Origin: a virus
Lineage: Duplodnaviria; Caudoviricetes
IMG/VR virus record: IMGVR_UViG_3300038345_000144
Length of the DNA stretch: 64,000 nucleotides
Strand: one strand, 5' to 3'
Shown here: piece by piece, positions 21,313 to 32,465 of the stretch
How positions within the stretch are numbered: the first letter of the stretch is position 1
How the letters are laid out: every line of letters begins with the position of its first letter
Program-made: the position numbers and the translations under genes
The notes under the pieces: model-generated
What the model was told of the DNA's origin: nothing
Databases searched by the model: none
Seen by the model: only the letters and a program-made list of their open reading frames with translations

Positions 21313-21861
21313 TTAGATAATCAATAAGCCTGCGTAAGTACCATCTTCCTTACCAGTAGAGGTAACGATGTAAGTACCGCTTGAAAGATTTTCTATTCTT
21401 TCGTTCTTATCAACATACTTATACTTTGGAAGTCTTGCAGGAATAACCGCCTTCTTCTCTCCCTTTGCCAAGAGGTGTACGAAGGTGTCCTTATCGAGCA
21501 AATAAATACCTGTCTTTGTAGCAATAGGCACAATAGGATATTTGTCGATAGAAGCCAGCATATTCTTCAACTGCTCGGTCTCCTTGACAGGTGTTACTTT
21601 CTTCATCTCGTCCTTAACACAATGAGCCTTCTTTCTGATTTCAAGCGTAATGCCGTTTAAGAACTTAATCTGTGCATCGCTCGGCGTAAGGAAGTTAGTG
21701 TCATTATGGGACATATAGTTTCTCATAATTCTACATACCTTCAACTGCTCCTGTGTTGTACCGTTCAGACTATTCTCATAGTCCAGTACCGACTGATTTG
21801 AATACTTCAATTCTGCCTCTAATTCCTTGTAGGCATCCAAAAACTTATCTGTTAAATTCAT
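21313..21861 (-). CDS. putative HEPN-like (RNxxxH) N-terminal domain + CBS-like domain protein
   Basis: FLDAYKELE...MRNYMSH followed by VKDEMKKVTPVKETEQL..YPIVPI. Confidence 0.5.
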   Translation of the reverse strand: MNLTDKFLDAYKELEAELKYSNQSVLDYENSLNGTTQEQLKVCRIMRNYMSHNDTNFLTPSDAQIKFLNGITLEIRKKAHCVKDEMKKVTPVKETEQLKNMLASIDKYPIVPIATKTGIYLLDKDTFVHLLAKGEKKAVIPARLPKYKYVDKNERIENLSSGTYIVTSTGKEDGTYAGLLII

Positions 21862-21886
21862 AGTTTATAGTTCCCTTCTATAATTA

Positions 21887-22943
21887 TTAAATAAATTCAC
21901 TATCGAATTCTTCTTCAAGTTGTCTGACAAAATCATTCAACTTTTTAGGTGTTTGTATATCAGGGAGAATTTCTCCCCAGTAACCATTGTTAAAACAACC
22001 CAACCAAAATTCATTTATCAGGTGCTTAATATAATGCTCGGCTTTCTCCAATGTCTTTACATCAGAGTCTAAAAGATAACCGCTATAAATACACTTTTGT
22101 CTACGCTGTGCCATATAATAATCACCCATAGAAATATCGTGTATCAGTTCTACATCAAAGCCCTTGTAAGTAAATCTTGTTTTCATAGATTGTCCCCCTT
22201 TTAATAAATTACTCTTAAAGTGTCATATTGACTTTTATGAACTGCGTTTTGTAATGTAGGGAAATATACCCCTTCGTACTGTAACTGATAGGTTACATAA
22301 GGTATGCGGTCTTTCATAAAATACGAAGTATCAAGTATTCGATAAACTTCTCCCTTATGTCCTGACCACCTCTGGTCCAGTTTAACGAGTTCCCCAACTT
22401 CAAAAGGTTTATTATCTGGGGTGTGTTTTTCTCCCTTTTTTAAGGGGTGTAATTTAAGTGTTATATAAAACAATATCAATTACCTCCTTGTGGTACATCA
22501 ATTTTTATAATGAAGTGATATTGACCCATTATTCGACAATCTTCCTTGTCTCTAATACGGTCATAGGTTTCAATGCCATATCTGAAATTTCGTTCAACTG
22601 GCGTTAATCCCATAGAGGTAATCTTTTCTTCTAAAGCCTCTGCAAATTTGTCCATCATTGAAATCTGCTCTTCTTTTTTCTTTCCCACCAATGAAACCGC
22701 AGGTGTATCAAAGAAGCCATAGTCTATGCAGACATACCACTGTGCAGTTGCATTATCAATGTAGTAGTTGACCTTTATATAAAAGGTGTCCCTACCACCT
22801 GATAGTGCTTTTTCTGCTCGCTCCATACAAATAGACTCAAACTTGGGTGAGTTTAATCTACTTCTAAATGTAGCAACAGCATTATGTAGAGCGTCAATCT
22901 GCTGTTGTTTTATTGCTTGTAATTTACCTAAATCAAAGCCCAT
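21887..22943 (-). CDS. three small hypothetical ORFs (21887-22186, 22201-22479, 22476-22943)
   Basis: Packed ORFs with SDs. Confidence 0.55.
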
Positions 22944-22952
22944 AATTTAACC

Positions 22953-23504
22953 TCAATCACCAAAGAATTTCTTAAGTTCTTCCGTGGTCGGGAGTTCAGA
23001 GTCTTCGTTCTCATCAATAGGTTCACCATTTTCGTCATATTCAGGAATGTCCCAACTACTACCGATAGTTGTGGCTCCGTTAAAACTCATTGACTCACCA
23101 AAACCCTGTTCTTCTTCCCAGTAAAAGATAAACGGCTTACCTAAACTGGCTAACTTGTCAATCCACGGCATCGGAGGCGACCAAGCGGTATCAAAAGTAA
23201 GAATGATGTAACCATCTTCTTCTCTTTGGGCGGTATCAAAACCTCCCCACTTTGTTCCCCAAAAATCACAATGCCATTTATACCAATTAAACCACGGTTT
23301 GCCCTCACTATGGTCTAAAGCGTTTACACTACGACCATTCTCATCAACAGAGTCGAGATACTCTTCACCATAGTCGGCACGGCACTTTTCTTCGGTTTCT
23401 GGTTCAGGAATAAGAATGTTGAAATCTATGTTTCCTTCGCCATCAAGCATTTTAGCAAGCAAGTCCTTGCGACAAATAATAGTATTTGTTACATAATTCG
23501 GCAT
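22953..23504 (-). CDS. YubB/DUF1281-like ferredoxin-fold protein
   Basis: MPNY start, WYKWHCDFWGTKW, FDTAWSPP motifs. Confidence 0.75.
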   Translation of the reverse strand: MPNYVTNTIICRKDLLAKMLDGEGNIDFNILIPEPETEEKCRADYGEEYLDSVDENGRSVNALDHSEGKPWFNWYKWHCDFWGTKWGGFDTAQREEDGYIILTFDTAWSPPMPWIDKLASLGKPFIFYWEEEQGFGESMSFNGATTIGSSWDIPEYDENGEPIDENEDSELPTTEELKKFFGD

Positions 23505-23516
23505 ACTATATCTCCT

Positions 23517-24011
23517 TTACTTTTGAAATTCGTTATGAATGTTCTCGATGGTCTTACTTGCGTCATACATCAAGTAGAACTTTGAGACTTCAGCAGTGTC
23601 CTTTGCAGAAAACTTAACGAAGATTTCTCCGTTAATAAACGCTACACCGTCATCAACTTCAGGTACAGCAAACTGTGAAAAATCAATTAAGTCCTCAAAC
23701 TGATGAGCAAACTTATTGATGTTTTCAATAGCCAAGTTCATTTCAGAAGCAGGTACTTGGTTCAAATCCAGCGTAATATCCAGTACACCTCTGGCAGGGG
23801 ACGGATATACAGCCACAAGGGGATAAGGAGGCTTACAACTACCATTCAATATCTCATTTGTTTGCTCAAGTATGTAATCATAGATGGTCTGAAGAAAAGC
23901 ATCCCAATCCTGACCAACACCTCTTTTAGCAAAGTAATACTCTGCCTCTTTTAGCCACTTAATCTCAAAAATAACGGATGTTCCTAACGGATTAAATCTT
24001 TCAACTGCCAT
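23517..24011 (-). CDS. hypothetical protein
   Basis: Start at MAVERF after AAGGAG. Confidence 0.55.
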   Translation of the reverse strand: MAVERFNPLGTSVIFEIKWLKEAEYYFAKRGVGQDWDAFLQTIYDYILEQTNEILNGSCKPPYPLVAVYPSPARGVLDITLDLNQVPASEMNLAIENINKFAHQFEDLIDFSQFAVPEVDDGVAFINGEIFVKFSAKDTAEVSKFYLMYDASKTIENIHNEFQK

Positions 24012-24024
24012 ACTATATTCTCCT

Positions 24025-24381
24025 TTATACTTTTCTAAACCAAAGTAACCAAATTCGATAACCGTTGTAGACATTACAACCCTCTTCAATGCCTGTCATT
24101 CTGACCTTATAGCCAAACAACTCACTTAAAAAGTTTGAAAGCACTTCAGGGTCATAATAGGAATAATCATCACCCTTGTCTAAATACTTCGGCTTTACTT
24201 CATCATAATTAGCATAATTTCGTAATCTATCGGAATAAGCCCAACCATCGCTCTCTGACCAATCTCCACTATCCCAAACAGCATATAGGTCATAAGAATA
24301 CGGATATTTTTCAATAGGGTATTTTTGTGGGTCTCCATTAAGTCTAAAACGGTGAATAACACCATCCTCATCCTCTGTCAT
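24025..24381 (-). CDS. hypothetical protein, paralog of 24402-24800
   Basis: YPYSY..SG.WSESD..YSDRLR..NFLSELFGYK..TGIE.GCNV.NG shared. Confidence 0.75.
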   Translation of the reverse strand: MTEDEDGVIHRFRLNGDPQKYPIEKYPYSYDLYAVWDSGDWSESDGWAYSDRLRNYANYDEVKPKYLDKGDDYSYYDPEVLSNFLSELFGYKVRMTGIEEGCNVYNGYRIWLLWFRKV

Positions 24382-24401
24382 ATATTCTCTTCTCAAGTTA
24401 A

Positions 24402-24800
24402 TCACACCTTTCTATAATAGAATATCCAGTAGGGAAAACCATTACTTACATTACAGCCTTGCTCAATACCAGTTAATTTGATTTTATAACCAAATAACTC
24501 GCTTAAGAAGTTTTGAACATCCTCTGGGTCCTGCACATACCACTGACCAGGTTTCAAATGTTTTTCTGCCGCTTTGTTGTAGGTATCATCATCGTACCAA
24601 CTTCTTAATCGGTCTGAATACACTGCATAGTCACTTTCTGACCATTCTCCGCTATTATATATAGCATAATCACTATAAGAGTAAGGATATTCTCTCTGGG
24701 AGCGTTCTTGTAATTTTCCTGCAAGATTACGCTTTTTATCAAACTCATACGCTTCAGGGTCTTCGCCCCAATAAATATCATCATATAAACCTAATGACAT
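24402..24800 (-). CDS. hypothetical protein, paralog of 24025-24381
   Basis: As above. Confidence 0.75.
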   Translation of the reverse strand: MSLGLYDDIYWGEDPEAYEFDKKRNLAGKLQERSQREYPYSYSDYAIYNSGEWSESDYAVYSDRLRSWYDDDTYNKAAEKHLKPGQWYVQDPEDVQNFLSELFGYKIKLTGIEQGCNVSNGFPYWIFYYRKV

Positions 24801-24812
24801 ACAATATTCTCC

Positions 24813-26749
24813 TTATTTCTCGCCTCTTACCCAAGCAACCCATTCTGTTTCAAACGGATTGCGTGAAGTAATACTAAAGATAATCTCGTTGTAGTGTTCC
24901 TTTAACTTGTTATAAGCCTCTTCAGGACTATCTGCACGGTCATACCAACCATTTGCATATTCTTTATCAAGTTTAGTAAAACCAAAGCCTGCGATTACAC
25001 TATCTGGTAAGAATGAGTTTGCCCTTTCAATAGGGTTCTCAAGAAGATAGTCAATATATGTCTCTGGGTTTTCTCTGGCACAATCACCACACATAATATC
25101 TTCTTCATCAATAATTACGATGTTGTGAGAATAGTTAATAGTGCGAGGAACAATCTTGTAGCAGAAATCACATACTACATACTCGTCGGAAAAACCAAAA
25201 TTAAGTCCTACCATATCTACGAACTTTTCACGACAATGAACATTTTGCTCGGCATCAAGTTCCTCTTGAGTAATCTCTCCTAATGCGAGTAACTCTTTAC
25301 CAATCATTTCATCAATCTCGCCCAAGTCATCCCAATCATAGACAACGAGCATTTTTTCATCATCTTCTCCATAAGAACGATATTCAATATCGCCTCTTTT
25401 TTCCTGATACTCTTGAAGTACCTTTTCAATAAGGTCAGTATAATTTTTCATACAGTATTCTCCCTCTGTAATAAATTAAGGCTTAATATAGAAACCAGCC
25501 TTGTGTTCAATATAACCATTTTCTTCAACGAGTGCTTTGTTAGCCTCTAACTTGAGTTTGTAAGCGAGGACATTACCACCCATATCCGTTAAAGCGTGTA
25601 GCAGATTAGCATAACCAATCTCGCCTGTCTCTTCTGCAATTTCAGAGAGCGTCTCAATGAAATCTTCAACAGCCTGATTATATCCGTCATACACACCTTC
25701 AGCGTAAGCAATCTGGTTGTTTGTCTGTACTGTTTCCATAAGTCTGACATACTCTTCTTTATTCATTTCTAAAATTCCTTTCTAATTATCTTCTTTTTCT
25801 TTAATCATCTGTAAAATAAATCGCTCAAAAGCACTATGATTGCCTGATAGGTCATATCCAGGTTCCAACTGTCCGTCATACCATAACTTGGCAGTTTCCT
25901 GTAATTTGGTATCAGGTATTTCTGTGCCATTAGCAAAATAATCTTCTAACCAGTGTAAAATCTGCTTTCCGTATTCGTTAGCGTATATACCTTTTCTCAT
26001 ACAATGAGCCAAGAAGTCGCCTCCGATTACACTTAACTTGGGAAACTCGTTCATTATTACTTTCTCGTCTTCGGTGAAGTAAGGGGTCTTTACCCAGTTA
26101 CCATTTTTATCTTTGGTTTCCCAAATAGCATTAAGGGCGGGATTTACTTCCCACCCTAACTGTTTTGCAACCATTTCAAATTCGTGTGGAGTCCAATCTC
26201 TACTCATACCCAAAGTCTCCTTTATTCTTCATAAACAAAAAGTATGCGTCTTTCTTCTTCATTTATGTTACGAACATAAAGATTAGGCTTTAAGTCATCA
26301 AACCACTCTGCATTATAAATCAACCTAAATTCTCCTGTAAGAAGCACACTTCCATCACTTTGCAGAGTGACGGCTATGCCCTCATCAATAGTATTGTTTT
26401 CGGCTAAAATACCAGCATACCTTATATGCGGTAGTTTAAGCAAAGCGGTTTTGTAAAAATAGGGAAACCCCATTGATATAACATAAAACTTTGCAAACTC
26501 TATTTGTGTCATACTATTATTCTCCTCTTTCCTAATAGTTTATTCTTCTTCTGTTAATTGACTTAAATCTTCGGGGATTTCTTCATCGTCCTGCTTGGTT
26601 CTTTTAAGGAACACAAGGAAGAGTCGATTTTGCGTCCAAATAGCCTCACTAATATCTTTGAGCCTATACGCAATCAAAAAGAGTGCTGAAGCAAATAATA
26701 CAACGATTACTGCTACAAATATACAAATTCCAAGTACGGTCATATTCAT
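24813..26749 (-). CDS. five hypothetical ORFs (24813-25451, 25476-25766, 25782-26213, 26222-26512, 26540-26749; the last is a single-TM protein)
   Basis: Packed ORFs with SDs. Confidence 0.55.
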
Positions 26750-26784
26750 TTTTTCATACTTCCCTTCTTACAATTAAATAGTCT

Positions 26785-27267
26785 TTAGGTCATAATGGAC
26801 GACATATGGAAGAAATGGCACTTTTCAGGGTTCTTGAAGTGTCTTTCCATTACCAGCAAGTCCTCTAAATTGTCATCAATATAGATAAACTCTCCGTAAG
26901 TGTCAAGGATAGACTCTAACTGCCTAATCTTGTCCTCCAGAGATTTAGCCCAATATAACTTTGAGATTTTAGGATAATACTGATGAATTTCATCGGTCTT
27001 ATTCTCAAACTCGATGTCATTATGTATCTTACTCATAACAAAGAGGTTCTTGGTGTTGGTCTTATGACTGACAAAGTTCCTCATATAAGGGATAGGTTCG
27101 GCGTACAAACATTCGTCTTCCTTCATAGCCTCAAGTAAGGCTTCATCAGAGTTATCCATAATGCTGATTTGCTTAACAAACCAACGAGCCTCAAATAAAG
27201 TTCCGTCGTAGTCAAATACAATAGGCGTATCTGGGTTCTTCATCAATTCTTGTAAATACTTATTCAT
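26785..27267 (-). CDS. HAD-superfamily phosphatase-like protein
   Basis: FDYDGTL motif I, YIDD motif IV. Confidence 0.7.
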   Translation of the reverse strand: MNKYLQELMKNPDTPIVFDYDGTLFEARWFVKQISIMDNSDEALLEAMKEDECLYAEPIPYMRNFVSHKTNTKNLFVMSKIHNDIEFENKTDEIHQYYPKISKLYWAKSLEDKIRQLESILDTYGEFIYIDDNLEDLLVMERHFKNPEKCHFFHMSSIMT

Positions 27268-27297
27268 TCCTTAACTTACCTTCTTTATCGTTTTTAA

Positions 27298-27768
27298 TTA
27301 GTCCTCATTACCGTGTTCGTCATATATACCGATTGCACAGTGATAATCGTTAAGTATCGTGCCACTCGCATTTTCGGCATAAAACTCAAGGTTAGGAATT
27401 ATCTTTTCCCATTCAGGCATCATCTTGATTATTTTGTTGATTAACAACTTAACGCCTTTTTTATCGTTAATCTCTATATCTACATAAATAGTTGAGGGGC
27501 AATCTACATCAACAGCCTGATAGTGACCGCAAATATACGCATCACCTACACCTTCATTACCTACATTGTAAGTAAAGTTGTTGTCTATGTTAGAAATACC
27601 GCACTCATCCTTAACACTCTCTATCCAAGTACCAAACTTTGCACCGAATTGTTTGAGCATTTCGAGATTTTCTTCGGAGGTCATATCAACATAGTCTCCG
27701 TCTTTGTCTTTCTCGTTCTTTTGCATTTGATACCAAATAGCCATAATAATCGTTCTTTTCATAATCAA
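27298..27768 (-). CDS. hypothetical protein
   Basis: ORF with GAGGAG SD. Confidence 0.55.
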   Translation of the reverse strand: MIMKRTIIMAIWYQMQKNEKDKDGDYVDMTSEENLEMLKQFGAKFGTWIESVKDECGISNIDNNFTYNVGNEGVGDAYICGHYQAVDVDCPSTIYVDIEINDKKGVKLLINKIIKMMPEWEKIIPNLEFYAENASGTILNDYHCAIGIYDEHGNED

Positions 27769-27778
27769 TTCTCCTCTC

Positions 27779-28765
27779 TTACTTAAAACAAGTCTTACAC
27801 GGCGTATAGCCTTGTGCTATCAGATTATTATATGTGTCCTGTACTGTCTGGCTATTCTCACCAGTAGGAAGTCCCGAACAACCGTCAGGCTTATGGAACT
27901 TCTTTGATTTAGTGTTGATTATGTAAGTAGCCGTCTCGTCCATCCAAGCGTCAAAGTATTCATCTGCTCCAGCATCAGCATCATTTGTTGCCATACCAGT
28001 AGCATAATCAATAGTCCAACCTTCCTGAACATTAGGACACCAGAAACAGAAGCAAATCGCACTTCCGTTATCATCTACGGAGAGAGCCTCCATAACAACT
28101 CCACGGGCAACTAATTCATCGCCAACATAGATAGGAGTTACACGATACATAATGTGAATACCAGGGTACTTTTCCAGAGCCTCGTCAACAGCGTTCTCTT
28201 GAGGTAGCATACCCTCGATATTTAACTGTCTTGTACCAGTAATGAGGTTCTTTGGATTAGCGTTCTCGCCAGCCAACTGCCAACCAATAAGATGACATCT
28301 GTTATAAAGCCAACTTCCGTCAACATCGGGAGCCTCTATTGATTGCCAACCACTCGGCTTAACACTTGATATGGACTCTCTACGCTCGCCGTCAGCAGGC
28401 TGGAGTTCAGAAGAAAGGCAAGCAAACGCTACACCACATCTACCAAACTGGTCTAATTCGGCATAACTCTCAAAAGGCTGGTCGGTAATTTCTTCAGAAG
28501 TGAAATAAGGTTGACCGCCATTCAAAGTAACAGCATATTCCTTACTGTCAATTACCGAAGCCACATCCGACATCATAGTACCAGTCGTAGGTCCAGTCGT
28601 AAGTGAGTCGGTAGCAGAAGTCGTAGGGTTGACACTTGTTGCAGTTGTCGTAGGAGGTGTCAACTTGTCGGTATCAGCGTTCTTTATGCCGTAGTAAATA
28701 CTGGCTCCGATTACCAATACCCAAAAAGCAATTATGATATATAACTTGAGTTGCTTCTTATTCAT
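27779..28765 (-). CDS. membrane-anchored DNA/RNA non-specific endonuclease (DNA-entry nuclease type) with C-terminal Ada-like metal-binding domain
   Basis: N-terminal TM; LDQFGRCG, YNRCHLIG, NLITGTRQLN, YRVTP; C-terminal KKFH..C..GYTPCKTC. Confidence 0.88.
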   Translation of the reverse strand: MNKKQLKLYIIIAFWVLVIGASIYYGIKNADTDKLTPPTTTATSVNPTTSATDSLTTGPTTGTMMSDVASVIDSKEYAVTLNGGQPYFTSEEITDQPFESYAELDQFGRCGVAFACLSSELQPADGERRESISSVKPSGWQSIEAPDVDGSWLYNRCHLIGWQLAGENANPKNLITGTRQLNIEGMLPQENAVDEALEKYPGIHIMYRVTPIYVGDELVARGVVMEALSVDDNGSAICFCFWCPNVQEGWTIDYATGMATNDADAGADEYFDAWMDETATYIINTKSKKFHKPDGCSGLPTGENSQTVQDTYNNLIAQGYTPCKTCFK

Positions 28766-28831
28766 AACTTACTTCCTTTCAGATGTATCTTATTGTGCGA
28801 GTATTATAGCACATTCGATACTTGCTTGTCG

Positions 28832-28889
28832 AGAGTCTGAAATATACCGTACATATGTTCGTTCTGTTCGCCAAATTTTTTCAGACTCT
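28832..28889. repeat. 11-bp inverted repeat AGAGTCTGAAA, 36-bp spacer, just upstream of a promoter
   Basis: Arms 28832-28842 and 28879-28889. Confidence 0.6.
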
Positions 28890-29127
28890 TATATATCACT
28901 ATTCTTTTCTTCTTTCTTGAATAAAAGTGAAACTGGTTTCAATATATCACCTAATTTGAAATTTTCACAGTTAACTAATTATTATAGAAGACCCTAATCT
29001 ACCCATATCCATATCCATAAATTATGTAACTTTTTTAACTTTTAGCCATTTTCTCAAATTTGCTTGATAGTTTTCAAGTCACAAAATTTTCGGTAAAATC
29101 GGGGATAGTTACCACATATTTTTCGGT

Positions 29128-29712
29128 TTACTTGGACTTACCTTTTGGTGTAGGTTTCTGGGTAGGTGTCTGGGTTGCGGTTTTCTCTGACTCTAACACA
29201 TTGTCACCTGTCTCACTTGGAGATGGTGTCGGAGATGTGGTAGGGGTAATCAGGAAGTCATCAGCAATTTCGGTGTTGATAGACAAGAACGGCGTTTCTG
29301 TCTGATAGAAGAACAGTTCAATATCGACATTCTCTTCTTTCTTGTTAATGCCTATCTCAATCCTGCCGTCGCTCTCTTCTCCAGCGTTCAAATGACAGCC
29401 GTAGAAGTTAGAGTATTTTTTATTGCCATTTACAAAGGTCTTAACATCGTTCATACCAATATCCTTATAATCATCAGACACATTGACATAATGGAAGTTA
29501 AGTACCAAGTTGTGCAACTTATCATCGTAGGATATGCCCGTAAAGCCTACCTCTATGCCGTTGACCGTAGTAGAGTCACCAACATACTCAATCAAGTCTC
29601 TGTGGACCGTAGGCACGGGTTCCGTTGTTTCCGTTATGTTCAGATTAAGGGCAGAACAACCTGTAATGGCTATCATAAAGGTTGCCATAGCCAATGCTAA
29701 TAGTTTTCTCAT
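29128..29712 (-). CDS. lipoprotein with Ig-like (DUF4352-like) domain
   Basis: Lipobox ITGC; Thr/Pro-rich tail. Confidence 0.6.
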   Translation of the reverse strand: MRKLLALAMATFMIAITGCSALNLNITETTEPVPTVHRDLIEYVGDSTTVNGIEVGFTGISYDDKLHNLVLNFHYVNVSDDYKDIGMNDVKTFVNGNKKYSNFYGCHLNAGEESDGRIEIGINKKEENVDIELFFYQTETPFLSINTEIADDFLITPTTSPTPSPSETGDNVLESEKTATQTPTQKPTPKGKSK

Positions 29713-29740
29713 AAGTTACCTCCAAACTCCTGTGGGAGCA

Positions 29741-30136
29741 TTACATACCTAATTTAGCCTTAACGCTGTCGGAGAGTTTGAATGTATATTCACAACTCTT
29801 GCTCTTGAGTTGGTTACAAATGAGTTCAGCCTTACCTCTTGGGATAAGCCTCAAATCCTCTTTTGTCATATCTCCGTCCATAAGGATAGTGAAATATACT
29901 CTCGCACCGTTAATCAGTTCAATCTTCTCTAACTGCTCGGTTGTAGCGTCTTCCATAGACTCAAATTTAGCACTCATCATACGACCAATCTGGTTCATAC
30001 ACTTTAAGAACAACATTGAGTAGTTGGTCTTCTCACTCTCCTTTAACTCCTGATTGCAGTCAAAGGCGATAGCAAGTGGATATGTGTCGCTGATGTCTGT
30101 AATGGTGAATTCGTATTGTTTAATTTCCTTTGCCAT
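29741..30136 (-). CDS. hypothetical protein
   Basis: ORF with GGAGG SD. Confidence 0.55.
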   Translation of the reverse strand: MAKEIKQYEFTITDISDTYPLAIAFDCNQELKESEKTNYSMLFLKCMNQIGRMMSAKFESMEDATTEQLEKIELINGARVYFTILMDGDMTKEDLRLIPRGKAELICNQLKSKSCEYTFKLSDSVKAKLGM

Positions 30137-30216
30137 AAAAGCCTCCTAAAAAATAAAGGAATTAGACGAAAGTATCTAATTCCTTTTTTAATTATTTTAT
30201 TATAATTAAATAGCCG

Positions 30217-31539
30217 TTAATTCTTCTTCCTCTTGGGGAGTTGGTAAATGACCTCTTTGTTGTCCTTTCCTCTCCAGTGTCCAGTAACCTGTACGGTCTT
30301 GCCTGACTTATTGATGTAGCGTTCATAACCTCTTACCCAATGTCTTCTCGGTGAAGCGTGGTGGGTCTTGAACACTGTTCCATTAGTCTGCTCATAACGG
30401 ACAATATCCGTGAGAGTTCTGATATAAGGCTCTTCCTTGTCGCTATCAACATTATCTCCGTCAATAACTACAATATCGTTTGTGAGGGTGCTATTACGCT
30501 CACTGGTAGGTGCGTCCTTATAAACAGTCTTTCTGTTTATAAATGCACTAATCGCCTGAAATGCCGAGGACATCAGATACTTGTCGTCCTGACTCAATAC
30601 CCAAGCGGCGGGCAGTCTTAAAGCGGGGGAATTCTTTTCCTCACCAGTGACTTCCTTCATCTTGAACCAACGGACATTCTTATCATTGAAAATCTGCTCT
30701 TCGGAAATATCTCTGTTAATCATTCTGCACATCAACAGTATATCTTCGGGGTACTGTGACGGAATACTCAACTCAACCTTTGACATCTTGGTATAGTTGC
30801 TCTTATAGTCATCATATCCCTGCTTGAGGAACAACTGCTTATAGTGGTGGCAGAATGTGTTTTGAAGGTCGATAAAATTCAACAGCCAAAGATGAGTGCC
30901 GTTCTTTTCGCCCTCTTCTTCTTCAGGAGCCTTATCCAAGTGAATGTACTTACCATTAAAGATAGTCTGCTTGGGAGTGCCTGTAAACGCTCTACAAGGC
31001 TTATGGGTGTTACAAAGTTCGATATAGCACGGAGCATACTCACCATTCATATTGTTCTGAACATTAACCAGTACACACTCAATCTTCAATGCCTCCAACT
31101 GCTTCAGAAGTGGAGTAATGTCCTTCAAATCGACAGGCTGATTTTCAAAGTGCTCAAACGGTACAAGGAATGTAATCGAGTTTGCCCTCTGATAATAAGT
31201 GTCTATATAGTTAATCATATCGGTTGTGTGTTCTGCAAGTTCATACAGCCTCAAATAACGAGGGTCCTGACCACCATACTTGGAAAGAGCCGACTGCATA
31301 TCTTCCCAAATGGTAATCATATTGTCCCTAATCTTGTAGGTGGTGTTAATGTACTCAAAGAAGTCATTACGCTCACTATACAGGATAGGTGTGAGGTCTG
31401 CTTCGTAGAATTCCTTGAGCAAGTCCATATCAAAGTAATGTCTTGCCCAACTATTCTTCTTTAAGAAGTCCATCAGTATCTTGGTGGCTTCGAGATAGTA
31501 TGAAGAATAATCATCTCTTCTGCTGGGAAATGTAATCAT
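30217..31539 (-). CDS. hypothetical protein with C-terminal HASPRRHWVRG..GHWRG basic motif
   Basis: 440 aa ORF with its own promoter and terminator; this type of C-terminal motif occurs in phage proteins. Confidence 0.65.
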   Translation of the reverse strand: MITFPSRRDDYSSYYLEATKILMDFLKKNSWARHYFDMDLLKEFYEADLTPILYSERNDFFEYINTTYKIRDNMITIWEDMQSALSKYGGQDPRYLRLYELAEHTTDMINYIDTYYQRANSITFLVPFEHFENQPVDLKDITPLLKQLEALKIECVLVNVQNNMNGEYAPCYIELCNTHKPCRAFTGTPKQTIFNGKYIHLDKAPEEEEGEKNGTHLWLLNFIDLQNTFCHHYKQLFLKQGYDDYKSNYTKMSKVELSIPSQYPEDILLMCRMINRDISEEQIFNDKNVRWFKMKEVTGEEKNSPALRLPAAWVLSQDDKYLMSSAFQAISAFINRKTVYKDAPTSERNSTLTNDIVVIDGDNVDSDKEEPYIRTLTDIVRYEQTNGTVFKTHHASPRRHWVRGYERYINKSGKTVQVTGHWRGKDNKEVIYQLPKRKKN

Positions 31540-31571
31540 TACACATATCTCCTTTTATTTAATGATAAGTC

Positions 31572-31601
31572 ATTATAGCACAAAAAGATAATAAATGTCA
31601 A
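31572..31601 (-). promoter_or_regulatory. consensus sigmaA promoter
   Basis: TTGACA-18-TATAAT with extended TG, minus strand. Confidence 0.75.
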
Positions 31602-31608
31602 TGATAGT

Positions 31609-31652
31609 ATGTAACCTACAAATCCTCATTTTTAGCAAAATGTAGGTTACAT
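31609..31652. repeat. perfect 12-bp inverted repeat ATGTAACCTACA, 20-bp spacer
   Basis: Arms 31609-31620 and 31641-31652, immediately upstream of the -35. Confidence 0.75.
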
Positions 31653-31786
31653 TTTGTCCCGAAAATTATACAATAATCGTGACAATAAGAAAAGCACCTC
31701 ATTTCTGGGGTGCTTTCTTTCTGTGTCTCTTGTTGCAGACCTTGTAAACAAAGGTCTATATAAAAAGGAGTTGGCTAATCTCCAAT

Positions 31787-32017
31787 TTAGTCTTCTTTTG
31801 ATGATACGATGTCCAAATGAGTAGCCTTTCTCTTCATTGTTGCAATATGCAGACCGAGAATGACCATCCAAAGAACCGCTAATACTGTATTACGGATTGC
31901 TCCTCCAATATCGGCTCCTGAAATATAGCCGAGGATTGCCGCCAGTGAATACAGCGTTACAATAATGCAATCTAAAATAAAAGATACCTTATCCAACTTT
32001 GAAGCGGATGCAAACAT
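31787..32017 (-). CDS. small two-TM membrane protein
   Basis: Start MFASAS after AAAGGAG; two hydrophobic helices. Confidence 0.65.
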   Translation of the reverse strand: MFASASKLDKVSFILDCIIVTLYSLAAILGYISGADIGGAIRNTVLAVLWMVILGLHIATMKRKATHLDIVSSKED

Positions 32018-32113
32018 AACTTTTTTATCTCCTTTCGTGATATTGTTTATATTATATTCAAAGAAAATATCGTTGGTCAATAGTGTGGTGACGATTTTTT
32101 GTAAAATTTGAGT

Positions 32114-32176
32114 ATGACCAAATAAATGACTAAATAATGACCCAATAAATGACCCAATAAAATTTATGATGATGAC
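32114..32176. repeat. ATGAC(C/T)(C/A)AATAA-type repeats, 11-12-bp period
   Basis: ATGAC at 32114, 32126, 32137, 32149, 32172. Confidence 0.75.
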
Positions 32177-32465
32177 CTTAAAATAAGCAATCATAATAAA
32201 TAATAAAGGCAATAGTTAGTAGGAGGGCAAATAGGGATAAATAAAGAATATATATTATTGAATAGTGTGACATATTGTACTTTTTATTCCAAAAACAGGT
32301 TTAACGATACTTTTTTTAACAAATCGTCAGTTTTAGTATCGTTAACGGCACTTTTACGCAGTTTCAAACAGATTTTCTGTTCAAATCTGATTTTCACTAT
32401 AATCAGGAGTTTCAATACATCGTTAAAACGGTCAATTTTAGTGAAAGTTTAGTTAAAGAATAAAA

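Noticed and set aside
32018-32212. N-terminal extension of ORF 31787-32212
   Set aside because: Produced by the repeat tract; the real SD precedes 32017
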